Assembly (NCBI GenBank): GCA_964016885.1
Contig: OZ024742.1
Location: 50,158,001 to 50,222,000 of the forward strand
Source of the DNA: Eledone cirrhosa
Lineage: Eukaryota
Direction of reading: 5' to 3'
Length of the DNA stretch: 64,000 bases
This document shows, in pieces, positions 1 through 12,220 of this stretch. Below the pieces are notes generated by a model. It was not told the DNA's origin. It saw only the letters and a program-made list of their open reading frames with translations, and made no database searches. How positions within the stretch are numbered: the stretch's first letter is position 1; each line of letters starts with the position of its first letter. Made by a program: the position numbers and the translations under genes.

Positions 1-100
1 TATCTGTATGTATATATGTGTCTTTATGTGCTCGTGTGTACGCATATATATATGTATATATGTATGTGTGTATGTATGTGTGTGTATGTGTATATATATG

Positions 101-131
<31 letters not shown>

Positions 132-320
132 ATGTATGTGTATATATGTATGTGTGTATGTATGTACTTGTATGTATATGTGTATGTGTATGTGTATGTA
201 TGTGTATATATATATATGTATGTGTATATATATAGAGATATATATGTATGTGTATATGTCTGTGTATATGTGTGTATGTGTCTGTATGTGTTTATGTGTA
301 CATATGTGTATGTGTATATG

Positions 321-409
<89 letters not shown>

Positions 410-647
410 GCCTCTCTCTATATGTGTATATATATATGTGTGTATATGTGTGTGTGTATGCATGTATGTGTAAACGGAGGTATATATACGGACATATGTA
501 TATGTGTGCGTGTGTGTGTATGTGTGCGTGTATGTGTGCGTGTATATTCGTGCGTGTATGTGTATATATGTATATTTAGTTATGTAACTTTATGTGTGTA
601 TATGTATGTATGTGTATGTATGTATATGTATGTATATATATATATAT

Positions 648-2015
648 TCAAACATACAGACCTAACTAGCAATGAAATGCACATTATATTATCGGCAAGG
701 AAAACATTGATAGAATTTAATAACCAACTATGGACTAGGGCAGATAGAGATAGTAATTTCGACATTACTATGGGATCATCTGACTCAGCTCAGGTAACGG
801 ACCTTGTGGGCCTATTTATAATTAATTCGCTGCATAGAAAAATACCTGGTGTAACCGGAGGATTATATCGTGATGACATGCTTTTAGTTATTGAAAATAA
901 TAACTCTGAACTAAATAGAAAAAGAAAACAAATTATACAATTTTTTAATTACCTTAATCTAAAAATAGAAATAGAGAATAACCATAGAATAGTCAATTTC
1001 CTAGATGTAACACTAAATCTCAACACATGTATCCATTTCACAAACTAAATGAAAACTTGAATTATGTCAGTTTTAACTCTAATCACCCCAGATCTGTTAA
1101 ACATACTATAGTGAACTCTGTTCAAGAACGTATCTCAAGAATTTCATCTCATAAAAATATTTTCGACGAAAAAGCGCAGTATTACAATGAAGCGTTAGCT
1201 AGAGCAGGATATAGTGATAAAATTATGTACATCGATAATAATAGGCAAACTAACCAATATAACAACAATTTTAATTACGGTAACAACTTTAACAACTATA
1301 ATAGAAAACACTACAATAATTCCAAAAGCCAGAAAAGAAATAGAACTAGAAATATAATATGGTTTGCCCCTCCTTTCTCACTAAATATTAAAACCCACAT
1401 TGCTAAGCTATTTTTTAATGCTCTTGACAAACGCTTCCCTAGAACACATAAATATCACTCAATTTTTAATAGACATACTATAAAATTAACTTACTCGTCC
1501 ACCAACAATTTAGCACAAAATATTAACAGAATAATAATAGGAATCTAAAACCTAGCCAAAATACCGATAATAGCCTAAACTATATTCAATTAAACAACTG
1601 TAACTGTAGAAATAAATCTAAATGTCCGTTAAATAACAATTGCTTAGTTAAAAATATAATATACAATTGTAATGTTAAAACTGACTTAAATTCTTTTAAC
1701 TATGTTGGTTCCACCTCGACAGAATTTAAACTTCGCTATAATAATCATAAGAATTCTTTCACAGATCCAGGCAAAAAATCTTCAACTTCACTATCAGGCT
1801 TACTCTGGCAACTTAAACATGATAACGTTGGATATTCGTTGTTTTGGAATATAGTCTCAAGAGGGATTCCTTTTAATTCCTCATCTGAGACATGTGAGGA
1901 GATATTCTTTATATTAAAATCTAAAAATTCCCTTAATCTAAGGAGCAATTTATTCAGTTGCTGCAGACATAGATTGAACTCAACGTTTAAATATAAATAT
2001 AAATTTAAAATGTAG
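648..2015 (+). pseudogene. Disrupted PLE RT/GIY-YIG endonuclease ORF (frameshifts near 1030 and 1540, small deletion near 1895)
   Basis: Track ORFs 248..1048 and 1027..1548 plus the continuing frame to 2015 are collinear with the endonuclease frame at 14171-14863. Confidence 0.88.
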
Positions 2016-3368
2016 TATATTTAGTTAAGATATTTATTTAATTAATTATGAAACCTGACGATAAATCTTTCGATTCCTTCAACTTTTTCTTTTTTAAACC
2101 TTCTTCATAAATATATACTAATGATGTAATTAAACTACCCTAAAATGTTGATGCTCCCAATCTATTGAATAAATTTTACGCTAGATAAACTTCTATACTA
2201 AATATAAAAGCATCTGTAGAACAACAGGGTCTCCTAAATCTTTTAAATGATTTCTGCTAAATAAGTCTTGTTGAATAATTTTGGTTTTTTGTTTGCTTTT
2301 GATTCTGATTGCTTCTAATGAACTTGGCAATATATTGTCAGATAAATTGGAAGGATTGATTTCTGTGGTTGATATGGGGGGCCAACTGTGTTTTTTTAAG
2401 GCCCCAGATACTCTAGGGAGTGATGAAAGTATTCTTAGCGTTTTGATATATTGATATCTGTTGTCTATTCTATACATGAACGATAATCATATATGTGAGG
2501 GCAGGAATATTAATATTAATATATATTTTTATGTATGTGTATGTATGTATATATATATATAGTAAAATCTTTTATAACGCAAAGGAAAATTTGTTCATGT
2601 GAAATAAGAAATTGCAGATCTGATCACGTATGTTCACGTGACAGCTCTGTAATTTCTTATTTCTATAGTGTCAACTAGAACTTGAGATGACCTTCTCTTT
2701 TTCTCTTTCTTTCTTTTTCCGGAAAGTACATATATACTTATGTATTTTTGAAGTTTTATCTCAGGTTTTGGTATATCGACCTAAGAATTTTAAACTAAAC
2801 ATATGGTCATTATTTGTTCACACATTATATATCTATGTCTCATTCATGAATATTGATATTTACAGTATAATACCCAATTCAAATATGAATTGATAATTCA
2901 AATTGATAGGACATAACGTAAAGTTGTAAATCTGTCATCCTTCTCTCTAGATATAGCTTTATTCTCCTCCCTCTATACATGATGTAATTTAAGTATCGCT
3001 GTTTTCTCTTTAGTTATTTTTTATTTCTCTCCGTCTCCTTAGCACTATAACTAAATAAATAAATAAATAAATAATTACAGTACTCCCTCCCTCCTAAATC
3101 TCTCAATTTGTATGATGAATTATTATTATTCATCTGTTGCCTCAGCTGACTCTCATTTTTCACCTCCTCACTATTTCTCTCTCCCATATCTCTCTCTATC
3201 TCTCTCTGTTTTTCTTTACATACATTTATTCCTTCTCTCCGTCTTTCTTTCTAACTGTGCTTAACACTAAATATTTACAAACATTTCACTACCAAACCAA
3301 CTTTTTAAATGGAAGTTGATCAATATTTTATGGTACGTCAAATTTATTTATAAAACTGCTTATATATT

Positions 3369-3436
3369 GTATTTTATCTGAAGAAGGCATGCCATATTTT
3401 TAATATGGTATTCCTGAAATATGTATAATGAAATAA
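3369..3436 (+). ncRNA. Type I hammerhead ribozyme (family A pLTR), minimal stem III
   Basis: tattttat-CTGAAGA(3378-3384)-aggcatgccatatt/ttt/aatatggtattcct-GAAA(3416-3419)-tatgta-TA-atgaaata. Stems I and II pair; stem III is a short near-palindrome. Confidence 0.85.
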
Positions 3437-3475
3437 ATATGGTTTTATAAATATAGTTTCCATTTGTTTAATATC

Positions 3476-3533
<58 letters not shown>

Positions 3534-3573
3534 ATATATATGTGCGTGTGTATGTGTGTGTATATGTATATGC

Positions 3574-3630
<57 letters not shown>

Positions 3631-4392
3631 CATGTGGAGGTATGAGTACATATTCGTGTGTGTACGTATGTGTATGTGTGTTTTTATATGTGTCTCTATA
3701 TGTTTTTGTGTATGTATGTGGATGTATTTGTACATGGGTGTGTGATTGATGGTGTGTGCCTATATATTCCTACATATGCCCGTGTGTGCATGTACGTATA
3801 TCCGCACATATGTCTGTGTTGAACAAAGGACCAATTTTGGGATGGACGTAGAAAAATTCTTCACAAAAAAATAAAAAATAAATTATTTACAAACCTGACA
3901 GGTGCGATTTGCCTGTGACCATTCTCAACACAAAAGGAATACTAAAAGCTTTCTCCCCTGAATAAAGGAATTTTTCGAGAATGACCGGGGCAGGTCGCAG
4001 TTGCTACATTTCTCCCCACCCAACCCTACTCACCGTCTCAACTCATTACTGCTATTAACACTTTTTCAACACACCTACACCCATACACTTATTAAAGGGG
4101 GAGAAAAGAAACCCCCACCACACCACATACATGTTAAATCCCTATATATAGAACAACACACCACATACACATCAGTTTGACAAGCGCACCTCAGCGTGAA
4201 AGGTCGTTCTAAAAACGAAACAATACCTCCTACGTTAACCAAGAACTCCTAAGACCTAACCAACAACCAACAACTTAATTAATAAAATAATTTTTTTTTA
4301 AGAAAAAAAATTTTCTAATCCGGAAAAAAATTCTTTTGGGATTTTGTGAAAAAAATAAATTTGTTGAAAGCAGAAGTGAAGCCATTTGTTTC

Positions 4393-5278
4393 CGTCAGTA
4401 ATAGGAGCGGTGAAAACCAATTACGCGCAAAGACAGAACCACGTTTATGGTATAAAATAGGTCGTAGACTAATGTTCTCTTAGGTGGTTCATAGAGACGT
4501 TCTCTGGCAACGAACGAAAAAAAAACGAAGATAATACGTCATATGTGGAGCGTGGAGAACAATTGCACGCAAAGACAATACATATGCCGTTGAACAGATC
4601 AATCACCGCGAAAGAATTCTTCCACAGTGCAAGAGGGGCCAAACTTTCAATTTGAGGTTTAATTCTATCAAGAATCGTTTTACTAAGTCTACCTAAATCG
4701 GACTTCGTAGGATTAATAAGCCGAATAGAGGGGTTGTTCGGAAAATTAGATTTGTGATCCTTCAGCGTAAAGTGGGGCGAAATAGGGTCCAGAGGTTCGA
4801 TCCGGTCCAGGATGTTGAGATCAGATGTGATTTTAAACCCAGCATCGTTGATTACATTGATGACGCACCGATTAGTTTTACGGTAATCCTTAGTTACAGC
4901 ATTATGTAGTAGTTGATGGTAAGTACTGCGCTCCACTTGATATAGGTTGCCAGTTTTGTCGGAATGGACGTGCACGGCATTAGAATCCTTAATAGAACGA
5001 ATTCTATTTTTCAGGTCCAGCTGGAAGGAATTGCTCACATTCCGAAATTTGATACTCCCTATGAGTTCCAAGACATCATTTTCGAAGGGTAGCAATGCTG
5101 GGTTACACGGGGTGTTATTATAGGTTTTAAACCCAAATTTATCCTGTTTGTTGTCTGCTTTCCGCGGATTATAGAAATAGAAGGCATGCCAACGCAACCT
5201 CTTAATGAACGCGTCTGTTTTCTGTATCAGGAGTTAGCCCTCTTTGGATTTTAGTCTTTAAATTTATTATTATTACTA
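4393..5278 (-). mobile_element. Rearranged Naiad-type family C copy: inverted tail (5236-5278) + N-terminal RT ORF fragment (5232-4579) + pLTR repeat segment (4578-4393)
   Basis: ORF 4469..5197 has RLRWHAFYF, FGFKT, FENDVLELI, SDKTGNLY, FTLKDHKSNF, RLINPTKSDLGRLSK and WKNSFAVIDLF, typical of the Naiad N-terminal RT region. 4393-4578 matches ~18470-18652. 5236-5278 is the reverse complement of the ends at 18962 and 49007. Confidence 0.85.
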
Positions 5279-5295
5279 TATATATACATATATAC

Positions 5296-5438
<143 letters not shown>

Positions 5439-6229
5439 CGAAGGTCTACCGAAGAGTTCCTGGTTGTGGTTAAAAGAAAATATGGGAGGATCAGTTAATT
5501 ATGATTTTACTGAACATATTCCCTTCTCGGATTGTCACACGCATTGCAATGATCCTTCAGTTTTTATAAGCCCTGTAAAAGTAACTTGAAAGGTTGGGAC
5601 TCCAACCAGGCCTCTGTAGCAACGAGCAACGTTAACATCCGATTCTGAGTGGAATTTCGCCCTCTTCAGTTATTTCTTCAGTTGTGAAAAGAAGTGATAG
5701 TCCGAGTTTGGAGGAGAGTAACGTTTGCGATCTAACAATCTAAAGCCAAAGTCACGTATATTCCGTAGAATTTCATGTGCTGTGTGTGCTGTGCAGTTTC
5801 CTGCAACAACTGGACTCCACGGCTCAGCTTCCTACGGCGTTTCTGCTTCAGAGTTTCATGCGCACACATATAGCATTCTGCATTGATTGCGCGAGGTTGA
5901 GTAGGTATGCATTGAGGCGTAATCCGTCTTTGTCCCAGAAATCTGCAGCAATTTTTCAAGACATCCACCATCCCGCCATGGATTACCGCCGCTACTTTGC
6001 CTTCGAAGAGGAGGAAATTCATGATCGCTCGTACTTCAATTTAATCTAAACCACTGTAGGAACTGCCGTCATGAGTTACGTCTGCAAAAGTAGAAATATA
6101 TATTGCATATCAACATAATTATTTGCCTATTTTCCCCTAAATAGCTGTCTGACTTCCTCTGTAAAGCTATCAGCTCTACCCTTTCGTGATACCCCTAAAG
6201 CCAGAAATTTTTCAGCATCGCCTAACGTA
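5439..6229 (-). mobile_element. Internally deleted Tc1/mariner remnant
   Basis: Degenerate TIRs TA|cgaaggtctaccgaagagttcctgg ... ccagaaatttttcagcatcgcctaacg|TA. Minus strand at 5490-5560 resembles a mariner transposase C-terminus (kL...c...GEYV). Confidence 0.6.
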
Positions 6230-6485
6230 TGTATATATGTGTGTATGGGTACAGATGGGTGGGTGTGTATATATGTGTGCGTGTATGCATGTATACATAA
6301 CTATTTATGTTTATATATGTACATATATGTGGGTATGTGTATGTATGTTTGGAACCATAAATCCTGATGTTTTTTATAGGCGCACCGTAGTGACATGAGC
6401 TGTTACTTGAGCATTTTATACCTAGTGGAGCGCAACCTTTTCTTGGTCGGCTTACAGCTGATTTCCTCTAAAGAAGACAAGAAAC

Positions 6486-6566
<81 letters not shown>

Positions 6567-7027
6567 TTGAATAAAGAAGAATGTACCTCAATAATGTACA
6601 GGTAATTTATTTATTAAACTCGAAAAGATGAAATACAACATAGTACTTGAAATCAACAGAATATGACGGAACAACCACCAAGGCATGTTTACACTCTAAT
6701 GTCTCTGACAATACGTCACTTCACGTCTAATACTAGTAATATGCATAGTTATAATTTGAATAAGATTTTTATTAATGAACATAAATTTACCAAAATTAAT
6801 AATTGATATTGAATTCATTTTGGAAGTGAAGTTACGTTAATTATATACAAGTTATCACAATAAAATATTTTTTATATTATGGACGTTCATTAACATCAGA
6901 AGTAATGGTACCGCAGTAATAAAACACTATTGAAGATATTAAAACCATTTTAAGTTGTAATTTCATACTTCGCCCAAACTTGTAGTACGCCACAAGTAAA
7001 TACTAATATATATATAGATGTGTGTGA

Positions 7028-7062
<35 letters not shown>

Positions 7063-7084
7063 GGGGAGAGAGTGTGTGTGCGTG

Positions 7085-7435
7085 TAAAGTGTAAAGAGCC
7101 TCTTCGGTCAAATATGACCCTCGGTTTTGCACCTGGAAAGTCTAATTCCCGAAGCACAAGATTAGGCAAATTGTTTTGTTTTTGTGGAAGACGAGAAGTC
7201 ACCCAGGCATAACAATTTCCCTTCTCCAGGCCACAGATGTTGCACAAGGGATACACAAAGACTGGTAATCATTAGCTCCAGTAATGTCGCAACTCATTTC
7301 TAAAGCTGAGGGAGCTTGACTAACATGAAATAACTTTATGGGATAAAAACAATATCAACACCGGGACAGAGAATCGAACTATTCTACCTCACGTTTGTAA
7401 ATGCGACATTCTAACCAATAAACAACACGCCTTCG
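7085..7435 (-). mobile_element. tRNA-derived SINE (decayed)
   Basis: Minus strand has A-box-like (ttggttagaatg) and B-box (gttcgattc) motifs followed by a SINE body. Flanked by microsatellites. Confidence 0.55.
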
Positions 7436-7493
7436 CCGTGTGTATATATATATATATATATATACATATATACATATATACATATATATATAT

Positions 7494-7886
7494 AATATCA
7501 CGATACATTAACGGAGCCATATATTCTCGCCGTTCCCTGTAGATAATGTGCTCAAAGGAGAGGAAATCCTGGGCACTTTAAAATACAATATGTTGAAAAG
7601 GTAACACACTAGAGAGAGGTACAGTGGGCCATCAATAAAACAGGGAAAAACCACCTGTATGGAATCTATAACCTATGAAGGCAGAATATAGACACGATAA
7701 TTAAAAATATAAATTAAAGCGTAAATAATTACCTTTATAACTATATAACACACGTACAAATCCCAAGTGATCTCTTTCGCCAGTAAGTTGTTGACGGAAA
7801 TAAAATAACCCAGATTCATTAACGTGTGTTAGGGCATACATTTCAGACAACATGGCGCAATGTATCTCTAGTGTGTTACCTTGTCA

Positions 7887-7889
<3 letters not shown>
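7494..7889 (-). mobile_element. Putative PLE pLTR fold-back (family E) with ~95-nt tail
   Basis: 7590-7632 is inverted at 7852-7889. The long arm extends to 7494 into (TA)n. A possible HHR 3' half (gtca..tggc-GAAA-gaga-TC) lies on the minus strand near 7765-7795. Confidence 0.5.
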
Positions 7890-7927
<38 letters not shown>

Positions 7928-7940
7928 GATATATATATAT

Positions 7941-8352
7941 ATATTGTTATACTCTGGGAGGGTAATGTTGCCAATAAGAAACACACCCACCAGATGATTT
8001 CACTTCAATTTATTATAATAAATTTATAAATTTAGGAATTTAAAAATTTCCGGTTGGTTGGTTGGTTCCACAACCAGATGATTGTTTATATATTGTTAAT
8101 GTTCTTTCGTCACTCATTGAGAAGTGTGACGAAAGAACTTTGACAATATATAAAAAATCATCTGGTTGTGGAACCAACCAACCAACCGGAAATTTATAAA
8201 TTCCTAAATTTATAAATTTATTATAATAAATTGAAGTGAAAACATCTGGTGGGTGTGTTTCTTATTGGCAACATGACCCTCCCAAAGTATAACAATATCC
8301 GTTTCAACACACGTTTTCAGATAAAGTATCTTGCTAAACAAATTCAGAAACG

Positions 8353-8356
<4 letters not shown>
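7941..8356. mobile_element. Neptune-type PLE pLTR fold-back (arms ~175 bp, 57-nt tail on the right)
   Basis: 7941-8115 is the reverse complement of ~8125-8298. The right arm plus tail matches 48680-48998. The centre is HHR stem II (gtcac...gtgac). Confidence 0.85.
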
Positions 8357-8434
<78 letters not shown>

Positions 8435-8543
8435 ATATATATATATATATAACGAAGGAAATGTGGTAAGGAACCAGGTGGACCATAACGCACCAAAGTA
8501 CTCAATACTTAGGGTAGTAGAGTGGGTAATAGGTACAAGTAAG

Positions 8544-8637
8544 ACCCCAACGGCTGAGCTCAAGCCGTTTCGACGGCTAATTCTGGACTGAATGTAAATT
8601 TATTCTGGTATTTAAATAGCCGAGCTTATCAAGGGGT
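8544..8637 (-). ncRNA. Hammerhead ribozyme, U3-A8 core variant (family B, inverted copy; GUU cleavage triplet)
   Basis: Reverse complement of 10707-10800 with the same TTGATAA core. Confidence 0.75.
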
Positions 8638-10706
8638 AATTCCATATATGGTCAAAGAGATAATCACCAGGATTGATCACATCACAAGTTAGTAGTAAAT
8701 CTGTGATGGCAAATTGGTAGGGGAAGGGGTAGCTGAACCTGCCGGTAGGAGACAAAGGGGGAGGGGGTGGAGTAGACCCATTCATGCGTTGGTAGTGCCG
8801 GCTACAGCTGGGTGTGAGGTCAAAGAAGATATTGGGGAGGGGGAGGGGGAGGAAGTCGAAACGGTAAGTAGAACAACGAAGGGTAAAACTATAAAAAGTA
8901 CTGAGAGAGAAAAAAAAAAAAGCAAAGTCTGGTTACTAAGACTTAAGTCTCTCGCTATTGCTAGACTAAAGAAATACATAAATAAATAAATAAATAAATA
9001 AGTGAATAAAAGAATGGATAAATAAAATAAGAAAAATATATATATATAATGAAGAATAAAAAATAAATAAAAATAAACTAGGTGGGACGGAAATAAAGGG
9101 ACCCTTATACGAGGTATAAGTGCGTGTATCGTACGGTGACGGGTCAACAAAGGGGGGGGGGGGGAGCCCAAATACTAAAGAGACTACCACGAAATAATAA
9201 AGGTTTCTACCCCAATCACAGGGCCAGCAACCACTTCAAGTCCCGGCTATACCAACACAGACATACCTTCCGAAACCCGACCCGGCGTCAAGCCACTCCA
9301 CTTTCGGGCCACATATGGGACCCCAAGGACAACAACATCAACTATGATCTCACATGGAAATTACTGACCAGAGCCAACTCTTACACGGGAGGACGCCGTC
9401 CGTCCAATTTATGCTCGGAGGAAACTCTACAAATGCTGCTTTCGACGGACCAACTCCTAAACAAGAAAGATGAACTGGTTACTGCATGTAAACACCGATT
9501 ACGTAGGACTTACCTCGCCCTCAAACCCCATAATGACCCGGGGGGGGGGGTTTAGACTAGGGCTATAACACCCCACTTGCCTATTTTGTAAGGGGTTACC
9601 CCTGCTTGCCAATGGAGACGTAATATCTTCTTTTACTTTTTTTATCGCTTCCTCTATATTTCCTCCTTCCCCCCATCCCTCCCTAGTCCTTCTACCCAGT
9701 TCCCTTTCTTTGTCGTCGTCTTTTTCTCGACCACCCGAGGTAGACCTCGGTCCCTTGTAGATTCAGCACTACCACGCCCTCCCCTATTCTATGATAGATT
9801 TGGCTGACTCCGCTTTTTATAGCAGAGGTGTTAGACCTCGGATACTTGCCCCCTTCTCCGACCGCTGTCCCTTTTTTCCGTGCCTTCTATATTTCTTAGT
9901 GGCATCTTTGCTTTAATTTCTCGTTTATCCAGTATTTCTTTGACTCTTTTTCCCTTTTTCTTTTTTTGGGGGTGGGGGTGGGGGTGGGGTTCTGTATTAA
10001 CTTTCCGTTCATTACTTTTACTTCGTACGATCTTTCATGTAGCTTGTATAAGACTTTTTGTTTCGTGGCGGTGCCCTTAGTGTTAGCACGAGTATTTTTT
10101 TACGGGACCCTGAATGATATTCTCGTACTAGTTTACTTTCTTGCTCTGGGTGGTTGCTGGCCCTGTGATTGGGGTAGAAACCTTTATTATTTCGTGGTAG
10201 TCTCTTTAGTATGTTGGCCCCCCCATTGTTGACCCGTCACCGTACGATACACGCACTTATACCTAGTTTATTTTTATTTATTTTTTATTCTTCATTATAT
10301 ATATATTTTTTTTAAATGTTATTTATCCATTCTTTTATTCACTTATTTATTTATTTTTTTTTTATGTATTTCTTTAGCCTAGCAATAGCGAGAGACTTAA
10401 GTCTTAGTAACCAGACTTTGCTTATTTTTTTTTCCTCTCTCAGTACTTTTTATAGTTTTACCGTTCGTGTTCTACTTACCGTTTCGACTTCCTCCCCCTC
10501 CCCCTCCCCAGTATCTTCTTTGACCTCACACCCAGCTGTAGCCGGCACTACCAACGCATGAATGGGTCTATTCCATCCCCTCTCCCTTTTTCTCCTACCG
10601 GCAGGTTCAGCTACCCCTTCCCCTACCAATTTTTCCATCACAGATTTACTACTAATTTGTGATGTGACCAATCCTGGTGATTATCTCTTTGACCATATAT
10701 GGAATT

Positions 10707-10800
10707 ACCCCTTGATAAGCTCGGCTATTTAAATACCAGAATAAATTTTCATTCAGTCCAGAATTAGCCGTCGAAACGGCTTGAGCTCAGCCGTCGGGGT
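10707..10800 (+). ncRNA. Type I hammerhead ribozyme, U3-A8 core variant (family B)
   Basis: ACCCC-TTGATAA-gctCGGCTA..37 nt..TAGCCGtc-GAAAC-GGCT-tgagctc-AGCC-GTC-GGGGT; all three stems pair. Confidence 0.8.
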
Positions 10801-10810
10801 CTTACTTGTT

Positions 10811-10860
<50 letters not shown>

Positions 10861-11638
10861 TATATATACAAAAATTATGAAACGAAAGCAGCTGTGTGGT
10901 TACTAAAAACAAGGTTTAGTATGGTGGTTAGGACGGAACAGGAGGAGAAAGGAAGAAAGGTGTTTCCATCGTCAGCTATAAATGTTTCCCGAATCGATGT
11001 TTTGGCGTTGAATTACAGGACATCGGTGCAGCTCGGCTGCGCCCGAGTCCTTTTATTAATAAAAAGGCCAGGTGGAAAAAGAGAGAAAAAAAGGATAGAG
11101 ATAAGGAAAGAGAGGGAAACGAGGAAGAACAAGGGGGGAAATAGATGAGGAGAGAGGAAGAAGCGGAAAAAATAGGAAAGGAATAGAAGAAAAAAGTGTA
11201 CACGTCTCATCGTGGGAAGACGCAGGTGAAAGAAACATGCAAAAGATTAACCGTGGAAAAATAGGGAAAGTAAGTTGTGGCCAACCAGGGAGACTTTAGT
11301 CTGGGGGTCAGCTACGACTCACAGCTGAAATAATCGTGCTGCCTCTCACATAGACAGGATAAAGTGTTAGAGAGAGACCCGGGCAACCAAATATGAGGAG
11401 GCGATGGGAAAGGGAGATAATCCAGAAGGTTTTTTTACGATGGTGGTAAAAACGTGCCGCGAAGATTGCGGCACGTGTAAACATGTCAACAATCAAAACC
11501 GAATGGATGGATAGAGAGAGAGAGAGGGAGAGAGAAAACAACGAGAGTGAGGAGGGGAAGGGAAGAGAGAAGGTAGGGTTGATGCGAAAATGTGAAGGAA
11601 ACACAGATCGACCAAAGCAGGTAGGGTCAGCGGTAAAT

Positions 11639-11718
<80 letters not shown>

Positions 11719-11755
11719 ATTAAATAAATGGAAAACTATATTTATAAAACCATAT

Positions 11756-11823
11756 TTATTTCATTATATATATTTCGGGGATATCATATTAACAATATGC
11801 TATGCCTTCATCAGACAAAATAC
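11756..11823 (-). ncRNA. Hammerhead ribozyme (family A, inverted arm)
   Basis: Reverse complement of 16381-16448. Confidence 0.83.
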
Positions 11824-12185
11824 AATATAAACAGTTTTATAGATAAATATATTCGACATACCGTAATAAACATCAACTTCATTTGAAGAGGTTCACTCTA
11901 GCAGTGAAAATACAGAGAGAAAGAAAGAGAGAGAGAAAAGAGGGAAATAAGAAAGAAAGAAAGACGAAACGAAGAAAAGGAAGAAAAAGAAGAAAAAGAA
12001 GAAATGCATGGGACAAAATAGAGAGATGGAAAAATAGATAAAGCGAAGAGCTTCATGTAAAGAGACCGAAAGAGATATATATATATAGAGAGAGAGAGGA
12101 AATAGAGATAGATACATATATAAATATAGATATAGAAAAATTAGGTAGTGGGAGGTCATTTTGAGTAAGTGTATCAATGATGCAT

Positions 12186-12220
<35 letters not shown>

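Larger units (their letters stand above)
648..3477 (+). mobile_element. Penelope-like element, Naiad-type family A, 5'-truncated copy (RT C-terminal half + GIY-YIG + ~1.45-kb 3'UTR/pLTR) in (TA)n
   Basis: Translation gives FDITMGSSDSAQVTDLVG, GLYRDD, VNFLDVTLNL, SNHP, RNIIWFAPPFS, CNCR..CPL..C and YVGST..FKLRYNNHK, ending at TAG ~2015. HHR at 3369-3436. The 3' end matches the short end of the copy at 11714. Both ends lie in (TA)n. Confidence 0.9.
8451..10813 (+). mobile_element. Naiad-type family B PLE, 5'-truncated, with inverted pLTR + 80-nt tail on the left
   Basis: 8531-9233 is the reverse complement of ~10150-10813. 9228-9555 encodes a GIY-YIG C-terminus (FKSRLYQHRHTF..ATPLSGHIW..NLCSEE..LLNKKDELVTACKH). 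Both ends in (TA)n. Confidence 0.88.

Noticed and set aside
1560-2100. Selenoprotein-type Naiad (in-frame UGA plus SECIS)
   Set aside because: The conserved Cys positions visible in the family A copies are TGT/TGC, not TGA. The ATGA..AAA..GA stretch after the stop (2048-2075, 14889-14930) does not pair into a SECIS helix.
2193-2477. Antisense 94-aa ORF in the family A 3'UTR
   Set aside because: The frame is not maintained in the younger copy (stops near 12945 and 13037). The shared DNILPSSL is explained by the conserved DNA palindrome.
10930-10980. Stem-II-less hammerhead CTGACGA-tg-GAAAC on the minus strand
   Set aside because: No convincing stem I or stem III partner was found.
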